The notes below the pieces were generated by a model. That model was not told the DNA's origin and ran no database searches. It saw nothing but the letters and a program-made list of their open reading frames with translations. From contig NC_058375.1 of assembly GCF_018350175.1 (NCBI RefSeq), positions 199,454,001 to 199,518,000 of the forward strand: 64,000 bases of DNA, written 5' to 3'. This document shows, piece after piece, positions 13,001 through 24,700 of this stretch (positions within the stretch are counted from its first letter, which is position 1; every line of letters starts with the position of its first letter). This DNA is from Felis catus. Its lineage: Eukaryota. Position numbers and translations under genes: made by a program.

Positions 13001-16000
13001 AAGACAATATTACCATGGCAGATCCCATATGTGCATTACAAGACAATGAAAGTATTTTAGGGTGACATGATTTCTTCTCTGAAGAAAATCAAACTCCTCC
13101 CACAGAGGGTGGAAAGTGACCACTTTCATGAGTCTATATAAGAGAAGTTAAGGGGGGCCTGGGTGGCTCAGTCAGTTGAGTATCTGACTTGTGGGTTTGG
13201 CCCCACGATGGGCTCTTTGCTGAAAGCTCCGAGCCTGGACCTTGCTTCGGATCGAGTCTCCCTCTCTCTCTCTCTCAAAAATAAATATTAAAAAAAGAAG
13301 AAAAGTTTTTAAAAAAAGGGCACACTACTACTAACTGCTACAGAACTCATAAGCCCTATTTTTAAACCTAAAAAATAAATTTCCTTTGAAGGTCAATAAA
13401 AAGTTTATGCTCCAGAATTCTAATTCTTTAAATTCTGTAACTTAAAACATGCAATGGTAGGAGCCACAACAAGCCTGCTAGGATCCAGGGTGATTCAGAT
13501 TACTTCAGTCTTGGTAAAGGATACTACTAATAAATGAAATGTGAATATAGGTTTCAAAAGCCGACTCTTCAAAAGTGGCATGTATGTTTTTCTCACCTAC
13601 CTACCTACCTACGCTACATTTTCCCCTAGTCGTATCTACAGCTCTTCTGCTTTCATTATCCTCCATAGAAACAAATATCTTTTGTTCTGATGTAGACATC
13701 CTACCAAAAGTCAAGTACTCAGTAGTATTTCAAACCAGGTTACACAAAACCTATCTGGCTTTAGTCACCATTTAATTAATTGATTGATTAATTAATTAAC
13801 TAATTCTCTTTCACATTTTTATTTAAATTCTAGTTAGTTAACATTAGTGCAATATTGGTTTCAGGAGTAGAATTCAGTGATTCAATCACTTACATATAAC
13901 ACCGAGTGCTTATTACAAGTGCCCTCCTTAACACTCATCACCATTTAATTTAATTTGTCACTTTTGACTATGTCCTTTATTGGTGCTATAGATCTAAGGA
14001 CTATCTTTCAGTCTTGTTACTTTCTTCATGGTTCCTCCTGCTAGGAAACTGCTATAGCAGGTGGGAAGGAATGCTGTTCTCTCTAAAATGAAGACTGACA
14101 GACTCTCTTGCTAGAATGAGTGTTTGACTCTCATCACGAGAACATCCAACACACATTGTTATGCCCAACAGGAAGGAGATGAAAGAAAAACAGACGCTGG
14201 CATTTCTAAAAGACCGGTTGTGTCTTTTTTCCTGTTTAATAGGCTATTTGTTAGCCTATTTATTAGGCTATAGACTCAGTATTGGCTAATAAATATGTTA
14301 CTCATTTGTTTCCATCATCATTATTGTTTTTTTTAGGATCAGTAAGGAAAAATAATTTGAGCAAGGCTTAAGATGATAAAATGATTTGATTGACAGTAAT
14401 TGAACTAGAAAAAATAAATCAGTCTTTTTAAAATCCCAAATCCTGTTTTGAAAACCATGTGGATGCCTCTTGGGAAATCCAACTGCAATAGATCTGGCTG
14501 AGTACCGAAAAGTATTAGAAAACTGAAGGGGCAGGACTCAGACAGACTTGGGTTCAAATTCCATGTCTGGGCTCTAGAAAATAGTAACAGAGAACAAAAA
14601 TATTCATTCTGAAAGGCTACTTGTAAGGATTAGCAATTTTTCATATAAAGCATATATTATAGGGTAAGTGCTCAATTAATGATCAGGTATAGAACTTCTT
14701 AGTTTAAAAGTTTTGGCTTCATCTTTAGATTTATCAACATTAATTATTTTTAATTCTTAGCCTATATACAAGTAAATAGTAATAAAATGTTTTCTTGTGA
14801 GTAATAGCTACTAGATGTGAGACCAGAAATAAGCATGAAGTAAGCTTTATTATCCTGATTTGATAAATGAGGAAACTAAATTAACCCAAAGTTAAGGAAA
14901 TTATCTAGAATGTTCCATCTGGTGGTAGTTACTACTTTCAGACTCCTTTTAAAGATCTGTGATTTAGATACCATAAAATACCTGGAGGAAACGGAATCTT
15001 ATATGCATTTTTATATGGAGAGAGGCAAAAGTTGCAATACAAGAAGCTTCTGTGTAAGTAACTTTACCGTGTCGGGCAGCATCATATTTTGACATGTTAA
15101 CCCGCAGGAGGAAATTATTCAAGCTGTTGAGGTAAGCTGGAAGTGAGTGATAGCCTTCTGGATCATACCATACCTGTTAAATTCCAAAACGGGAGGCAAG
15201 ATCAGTATGGTGTTTCAATAAATTAGGCTGCCTTTACATCCGACAGCTCACAGAATTTATATTTAAAATAAGACCAACAATTTCCCAATGAGTTATTTTA
15301 TCTTGGAAGATTAGAACCATTCCCCAGAGTGTTGACCACAGACCTCTACATTTCCAATTTAGAGATGGACAGAGATTGAGAAAACAGTTTTTTTTTTCTG
15401 CATGATAGCACCATGTTATTAGTTATTCTGTATCTTCTGCATAGGCAAAGCTTGAAATAAACTGAAGAAATCGTTATTATCTCCATCTCTGTGGCTGGTC
15501 TGTAGTGACTCTGGGACTAGAGCTAAAGCATACTCAATAATAATAATAATCATAATATAAAATAATGTCTAGGCAAGGATGTAGAAAGAAATTAAATACA
15601 AAGACAAACATTGTGTCCTTAGCAACAAGAATGATAACCTTGAAATTCCCACACTAACTTTCTATTCTTAGTTGTAAGCCACAGGGAGGAGAGTTACTTT
15701 ACCTTCTGTGTCAAAAACAGAGGGATTTAAAATACTGGTGTGCCTCAATTCAAGAGACCCAGTTGATAATTTAAAATTATAAATCTAACTTAGAGAGAAA
15801 TTATTGGTTATTAGAACTCTTTGTTTATGCAAGAATGTTTACTTTGTGTGTGGAGAGAGGAAGAAAAGGAACAAATGGCAGAGAGAGGGCATTCAAATCT
15901 CCAACACTACTGTCTACTTTCTATATGACCTTATGAAAATCGGCTAAAACAGGCTCCATAATATCTCATAGAAATGTTGTGAGGATGTGATCAGGTAGTT

Positions 16001-16315
16001 TGTGCACCAGATGATACTAGTGTTNNNNNNNNNNNNNNNNNNNNNNNNNNNNNNNNNNNNNNNNNNNNNNNNNNNNNNNNNNNNNNNNNNNNNNNNNNNN
16101 NNNNNNNNNNNNNNNNNNNNNNNNNNNNNNNNNNNNNNNNNNNNNNNNNNNNNNNNNNNTATTAGTTTCTCCACCTCCCCCAAGTCTATGTATGTCTCTT
16201 ACTACCAAATGAGAAATATGTGAAGGACAATTTAAAATTCCTAAGACTACCGTAGATCTTCTGTGTGTGATTCTGTGACCCTAGCTTGTTTGAAAACATA
16301 GATATGATCTAGATG

Positions 16316-16356
<41 letters not shown>

Positions 16357-19300
16357 GCCTACAGGATTATTTGTCTTCATCAAATTCCATTAAGTTTCCA
16401 TGCTCTTTAAGAAACAAGGATAGGGGCATGTGGGTGGCTCAGTTGGTAAAGCAATTAACTTCAGCTCAGGTCATGATCTTGCAGTTCACCAGTTTGAGCC
16501 CCACGTCTGTCTCTGTGTTGACAGCTCAGAGCCTTGGGCCTGCTTTGGATTCTGTGTCTCCCTCTCTCTCTGCCCCTCCCCTCCTCGTGCTCTCTCTTTT
16601 TCAATAAAAAATAACATTAAAAAAAAAGAAACAAGGATAAACACATATAATATATATGTAAAGAAAAACACATAAAACATTAATGTTCAGTTTAGCAAAA
16701 AATGATGAAAGGAGTACATCCATTGAACAATCACTCAGGTTAAGAGAGAAAAACTGGAGATGCCTGGGTGGGGGTGGCTCAGTTGGTTAAGCTTCCAACT
16801 TTGGCTCAGGTCATGATCTCATGGTTTGTGAGTTTGAGCCCCACATTGGGCTCTGCACTGATGGTGTCGAGCATGCCTGGGATTCTCTCTCCCGCACCCC
16901 CCCCCCCCCCCGGAATAAACTTTAAAGTAATTTTTAAAAAAGAAACAAAAACTGCCAGTATCCAGAACATCTCTGGAATTCTATGTTCTTCAAAATCAAA
17001 ATCACAATAGCCTCTCTAAACAATATGATTGAGTTTGCCTTACTCTTTTTATTTTTTTTTAATGTTTATTTATTTTTGAGAGAGAGAGAAACAGAGGATG
17101 AGCAGGGGAGGGGCAGACAGAGAGGGAGACACTGAATCTGAAGCAGGCTCCAGGTTCTGAGCTGTCAGCACAGAGCCCAATGCAGGACTCGAACTTGTAA
17201 ATCGTGAGATCATGACCTGAGCTGAAGTCGGACACTTAACTGACTGAGCCACCCAGGAGCCCTGAGTTTTGCCTACTCTTAAAGTTTATAGTAAATGCAA
17301 TGATAGTTAAGTGTTCTTTTGCTTATTAATAATGTTTGGGATATTTACCTACTTATGGAACTAAGCTCATTTCACTGCTGAAAATTCTTTGTTTTTTTGT
17401 TTTGTTTGTTTTTTGAGAGAGAGAGAGAAAGAACAAATGGGGGAGGAGCAGAGAGAGAGGGAGAGAGAGAGTATCCCAAGAAGGTTCAAGCTGTCAGCAT
17501 GGAGCCTGATGCAGGGCTCAAACTCAGAAACCGTGAGACCATGACCTGAGCTGAAACCAAGAGTTGGATGCTTAACCGACTGAGCCACCCAGGCACCTCC
17601 TGAAAGTTCTACTGAATGATACAACAATTCATTTATTCTGCTGTATACGGACATTTGGGGTTCTGTTTTAGCTAATGTAAGAAACACTATTTTGTAAATT
17701 TTTGTATGTGTATCCCGGTACTTGTGTATCCAAGTTTCCCTGGGGTAAATACACAGGACTGGAACCCCAGTGCTATGGGGAAAGCATTATGCCAAACGCT
17801 TCTCAAATTGATTGCACTCATGTTTTATTTTTACTTCATCAAAATGCTTGAGCATTTCAAGTTCACATTCTCATTTGTATGACATCCCAGAGGGAAGGTC
17901 ATAATTTACCTTAGCAAGTGTTCTATTGGCAGGAACTGCTGTTATATCAAAACGAAGGTCTTTAGTCAAAGGCAACCCAAAACTCCAACCTCCATACCTA
18001 TATATAAGAATAACAAAACTTATATTTGTTTTAATGGAGAAAACATTTATAAATAGATCTAAAATGTTTAACTAAAGGCTCAATGTTTTCTTTCCATTAG
18101 GAACACATTTATAGCATGAAATAAATACTGCCTGACAAATATTTTACTTTTTTTATTGATCTTTTATTATATTTTAGTCTAAGGTATACACTGTAACTAG
18201 AAGTAAAAAGTCATTTTAAGCAATTGCAAATGTGGACTAATCATTCTGAAAATAAGTGATACATAATCTAACCAATTCTGCCAACTTACCTGGATCATGT
18301 ACCATCTCAAAAAATATAGTATTTTTGCCCTTAAAATTCCTTTTAAAGAAGTAATTTATCACTAAGGTGGTATCAGATCAGTTCTCATCTTTTTTCAAAT
18401 GGCTTCATTTCTTTTATTCTCCAAATTTTCCCCCCTGGTTTGTCCCCTGGTGATATACTTTTTCTCTTCCTGGGTATTTGAAGGTGAATCGTGCCTATAT
18501 AATTGCCTGGTGCTTGTCAGTTCATAGTCTCTTGAAAATAAAAAGTGGACTTAAAAAACCAAGCAGCAATTTTAAGAACAGATTAGTTTAAATATCCCAA
18601 ATTATGGTTGAGTTAAATATGGTTGAGTTAAATAAATTAGTCACACTAGACTAATCTTGTGACTATCATCCTAAACGTGATCTACAGAGCTATACTTTTG
18701 ACACACAAAGAACATGGAAGTATATTCCTTATTTTTTAAAAAGCAGGTTTTAGAAATGTTTGTTTATAATAAAATGCCTGCTTATAATAATAATGTTTAT
18801 AATTGAAAATACTTACAGGTATCTGTGTCTAGAAAATGTCTGGAGGATATACAATCAATAGTGGTTATACGTGGATATAGAGAGATTCCTTTTTCTTTCT
18901 GCGTATATGTAGTTTGTAATTATTTTACAGTGAACATCAGTCAGTTATGTACATTGAGAAATAAAAGAGGGAAGAGATGAAGGAAAGGAGAAAACTATAT
19001 AGCTATTACAAGATGACCAACTCCCCATGCCCCAACTTTATCTGAGGTACAACTGACAAATAAAAATTGTATATATTCGGCTGTACAACTTGATGGTTTG
19101 ATATGTGTATACACCGTGAAGTAATCACCACAATCAAGCTGATTAAAATATCCATCACCTCATATAGTTACCGTTTTCTTTCTGTATGAGCATGCATGCA
19201 CGTGCGTGTGGGGGGGTGTGTGTGTAGTGACAACTCTGAAGATCTATCCTTTTAGCACATTTCAAGTCTACAATACTGTATTGTTAACTACAGTCACATT

Positions 19301-21698
19301 GCTGTAGATTAGCTCTCCAGAATCTCTTGCATGACTGAAACTTTGTAGCCCTTGACCAACATTTCCCCATGTCCCCCCGATCCCCAGACCCTGGCAACCA
19401 CCATTCTACTCTCTGCTTCTGTGAGTTGACTATTTCAGATCCCACATACAGGCAGGATCATGCAGTATTTGCCTTTCTGTGTCTGGCTTATTTCACTTAG
19501 CATAGTGTCTTCCAGGTCCATCCACAGTACCCCAAATAGAAGTCTACCAACCTTACATGCATAGCAAATGTTTAGGTGGCTGAGGTACAAGGCCTGTGGC
19601 CTTGTCACATATGGACACATTTTATCCACACACAGATATCATAATCTAAATCTGAGATATTCATATTGTAAATAAGGCCAATTGTCACCTAAAACTATGC
19701 CTTAAAACTGTCCAAATTGGCATAATGTAGTCAATAACGTTATTGCTTCAAGGGAAAAAAAAATGTACAAGTTTAACAATACGCTTTTGTTAAAAAACAA
19801 AGTTTTTCAATTTCCTCAAATGAGTCTTAATTTGAGGGAACTGAAAAATTTTTTTAAAGGTTTAATACATAAGATTATTTAGATAAAATAGAGACTTTAA
19901 CCGGGTAAATAATCAATAGAAATTTTCCTGTATTGTCTCAAGTTCAAGAAGCAGTTACCATTAAAATTTGAAAGCAAGATAGGCTAAATTAAATGTTATA
20001 AACAGAGTATTTTTACCTTTTTTGCATAAACTCATTAGCAGTTGATATTAGATAATTTTCCAAGCGGTGTCCAGTGAGGTTGTAAATTATTTGAGAAGAG
20101 TAAGTTCTTCTATGAGGTGGAGAATAATTAAATTTAGGACACTCCTGAAAAATAAAGTTAAAAATTAAGTTCTTTGCAAATCAAATAGACAATGTCAAGA
20201 AGGTTTGGTCTCATGATTTGTCTATTATTGCAACAGGTAGAGTCTGATAAGACCGTCTTCTGACTCTGAAGAGCTTTGAAGAGGAAGACATCTTCCCATG
20301 CCAAGAAATTAGGCCAAATAGTGGAGCACATGCATAGGTTTACGACTCACTTGAAGCCAAAAAGAATACAAGTTAACCAACGTGTGATTTTCTTTTCACT
20401 GTACTGACAAGTTTGATTAAACTCTAAGATGACTTAAAACTCACTCAATGATTTACAGGAAAGTAAAAAAACATTTGCTCTGAATTGAAAAGAAAACATT
20501 AACAGACAGACAAGTTCTCAGGTGACAGCAGTGGATGAAAGTGTGTGTTGTATTGTTTTTAAGGTACAAACCTTGGTATAGAAGTTCAAGTTTACATATA
20601 TCTAAATCTACATAACTTAATTTTAAATAAATCTAATCTTTACATATGTAAATGTAAAATTATTCCAAAATAAAGTTTATATATATTGCAAATGTGCTTA
20701 TATACGTCTATAGACACACATAGATATATTTAAAATTTAATACAGAGAGTCTCTGTATACCCTTCACCCAGTTTTCCCCATTGTTAGCATCTTAAATTAC
20801 TATCATCATACATTTGTCAAAATTAAATGTATTGGTACATCACTATTAACTAACCTCAGAGCTTAGTTTTAACCACTTACTTGTATGTGTATTAGCTTTC
20901 TGCACTTCCTGACCACTTACTTTCCATTGAAGCTTCCCATGCTTCTCTGACATAAAGCCAGAGAAGCCTAGCACTTTTCCAATTTTTCCTTCCATCCCTT
21001 CACACGATGTCCCAGAGCCTGAGGCTTGGATCACAAGTGTGCCCTGAGAACATCGAGGTGCAGATTGCTCTAAAAAATAAATGCTGACTTTCACCTTACA
21101 TCAGGTCGGATCAACTTGAAGATCACATTTCTAGAACGCTACTTGTTCTGCAAATAATTACAGACACACTTATGTATGCAATGTAGTTTTTTAGCTTTCA
21201 TCTTTTGTTGAATTGTATGTACAGAAAAGCACATATAAGTACACTGCTTGATACATTTTGACAAACTGAACACAACCATGTAACCAGAAACCAGATCAGG
21301 AAACAGAACAACTACCACTCTCAAAGTAACAAGCACAGAAGAGTTTTGCATGTTTTTGTACTTTATATAAGTGGAATTGTATTATATATATTCTCTTGTA
21401 TTTGGCTTTTTCCACTCATCATTCATTTGTGAGAATCCTCCATTTGATGTGTGTAGTTGTAGATTAATCATTCTCATTTTGCTGTATACAGAATTCCAGC
21501 GTGAAGACAGATTACATTTGATTTATCCACTCTACTGTTGGTGGGAATCTGAGTAGCTATTACAAATAGTATTGCTATGAATATTCTAGTATATGCCTCT
21601 TGGTGAACGTATTCACACTTCTGATGGGTATATAATAGAAATGGAATTGCTGATCCCATAGGATCATATATCTTCAGTATTTGTAGGTACTGTCACAC

Positions 21699-21740
<42 letters not shown>

Positions 21741-24700
21741 TATATATTGTACATTTATACGTATAAAATATTTATATATAATACATATATGTATTTGGTG
21801 ATTTATTTATTTTTATTTTTTTAAGTTTCTATTTTAATTCCAGTTAGTTAAAATACAGTGTTATAATAGTTTCAGTGTACAATATAGTGATTCGATAGTT
21901 CCATACACCACCCTGTGCTCATCACAAGTGCACTCCTTAATTTCCAATCTATTTCACCCATCCCCCCACCCCACCCCCTCTGGTAACCATCAGATTGTTC
22001 TATAATTAAAAAGTCTCTTTCTTGCTTTGACTCTCTCTCTCTCTCTCTCTTTTCCTTTGATTAATGAAATTTATCTGTATTCCAATTTTAAATACTAAGT
22101 TAGTTGACTCTTACTGTGAACTAAAGAAAATACATGAGGAATTTTCAGAAATTAACTAGATTACATGAGGGATTAGGAAACTCTTTGAGTACTGGGTAAG
22201 ACTGATATTGAAATATGCAAGGATTCCAAAAGATGCTTGTGGGATCCCAGCTCTTACTGTTAGTAACTCTCTTGCATGCAAACACAAAAATAGGTTGTGT
22301 TTACAGAAAACAGTTTCATTCTAAAATACTGTACAAACAATGTAGGGTTGAATCATGTGACACTATTAAAACATTGCTAGATTCCGTTCCTATGGGAAAG
22401 TAAGTTGACAACATAGTCACTCTCAGAAATGAACAGTGACTTCTTCTCTTCCACAATGTTTCATTTCCCCAGTGAATTTGGTTTTCTTAAAAGTATGTTG
22501 AATTGACAGGCTTAGAAAAGGAAGGTGTGTATCTATAAAATACAGACGGGGTAAGGGATGGCTGGATAATCTTTTCTGTTTCTTTCAGGACATGGGTTTT
22601 TCTTGCAGGCTGGAGGTGCTCCTTAGAAATGGAGTTCTGTTCTGGATTTACACATTACTGACTTGCCAGCTAACCACCAAACAGTCTCACTGTGTTTTTA
22701 GATATGGCAGCTATGGTTGGCTTTGTTGTCTGAAACATAGAGCTTTCTGGTTTAGAACTGAACTGAGACCAAAATTTCATTTTTAGTTGGTTTCCACAAA
22801 GACTGTCATCAAATTACCTGCCTTTGGAAATTTGTTCTGAGATGGATTTAAAACAGTGACCTGAAGTTCAAAGGCAATATTTTTGAGCTGCCCCGCTCCA
22901 CATCTCTGAGCTACTGGCTTCCATAAAATGAAATTATACTGACTCTTTGGCAACCTGGATAGATCTTTCAAGTTTCAATATTTATTCCTTTCTTTCTCCT
23001 ACTTCACTGAAATGAAATTCCATCTTACCTGGATATTTTCTGAACAGGAGCAAACACCAAAATTAGTGATCGGCTCCCCACTGGTGTTCCATTTTCCTAG
23101 ACTGCCTCTCGTTAAGCACCTTCTGCAAGTAAAAGTGATATTAAAGCGAGGTATGTGTGTGTTATCATATTTATGTATGAGTATATAAGCGAGTATTGGG
23201 TATTAAATTCAGATGTATAGTCTTAGGTACAGTTTACTGGTTTTTCATAACTCAAATATACATTACACTACCATTTTCAAGTGATTTGACATTTTGTGAG
23301 GGATTAGAGACAGCACTTATTGATTGAACAGTGTTGAAACCAAAGCTCATTGAATTGTCTTAATGAGGCAGGATGGGGCTTTTTGACCCCTTTCTTCTCT
23401 GCTCGTTCATCCTGTTCTCCAACCTTAGCAAAAGAATATACCAATGTCAGGTTTACATGCGTTGTGTATTATCTTGGAATTTTGAATAAGCAATACTACC
23501 TAGTGCAAAAACAGAGTCAGAAGACTTGCATCCCAGCTTTAGCTGCACAACTTACTGTCTAGATATTTTTAGACAAGTATCTCAGTCCATATGAGTCTCA
23601 GTTTCTTCATCTTAAAAATGGATTAATAATTCACAGGGTTGTTTTTTAAACAAAAATATGCACAGGAAGAAACTTTTTAGGTTAGAAAGCACCTACTGTT
23701 CACTGTTACAGCATAGCATAGCTACGGAATGAACTAAAATCTGTTAAATACAGATTTCTCTCAGGCTGCTGCCCTTCTCTAGCATACAACACACACCCAC
23801 TTGTGTATACACACACACACGCGTGTGTGTGTGTGCATACACATGCATGCATGCACATGTACGCACACAACTTGAGTGTCAAAAACAAAAAAGCAAAAAA
23901 AAAAAAACAAGAACCACTTACGGATCACTGATGTTCAAACACATATTGTCGATGCCAGGGAAACTCCACATTGCTGAGACCAGTGCTTTTGTGCTTGGGT
24001 GAGAATTCCTATGATATAAAGGATAGAAACAAATCCTTGATACTCCACTAGTCTTCCATATTAAAGTCATGCTTATGAATAATTTGGAAAATAAAATATG
24101 CTGTCCAAAGGACAGTTTTCTTAAAAATCCAAGAAAGACTCAGTAGCAGGGGGAAAAAAAAAGTATCATGGGAAAAAAATAAGCACATGGCTCTATTTGG
24201 CTGCCTTGTTACTCTCCTAATCATCATATGCATTTAGTGATCACCTCTTGTATATATGTAATATTATATTATACAGGGTTCTTACATTACTATCCAATAT
24301 TTGTGAGGCTGAAAAAAATTACTATCCAATATTTGTGAGGCTGAAAAAAAAAAGTTATTTGCTCTACATAACAACAGATTGGGAAGCCACACCTAACCGG
24401 GCTTTCTTGATGAAAGTCTAGGCATTAAAAATAAAGACATACTATAACTTTATTTTTAGACAAACACAAAAGCTCTTAAAGTTATCTGTTGGCAATAGAA
24501 GTGTCATGTTGCTATAAATCAAGTTGTCCATTCCTTTGGCAGAATCAGGTACAGTGCCTCATAATTCTTTATTCTTCAGCATTTCATGCATTCACTGAGG
24601 TACACTGAGGCCTCCGCAGGCACTGGGGAAACATTTTGGAAGAAAGAAACTTACGCATAGAAGGCTGTCTGTTCAGAGGTACCGTAGAGAGATGGGGAGA

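Noticed and set aside
18290-18305. Resemblance of atggtacatgatccag to the start of exon 39 (gtatggtatgatccag), suggesting a duplicated exon
   Set aside because: The similarity stops after about 14 nt and is consistent with chance.
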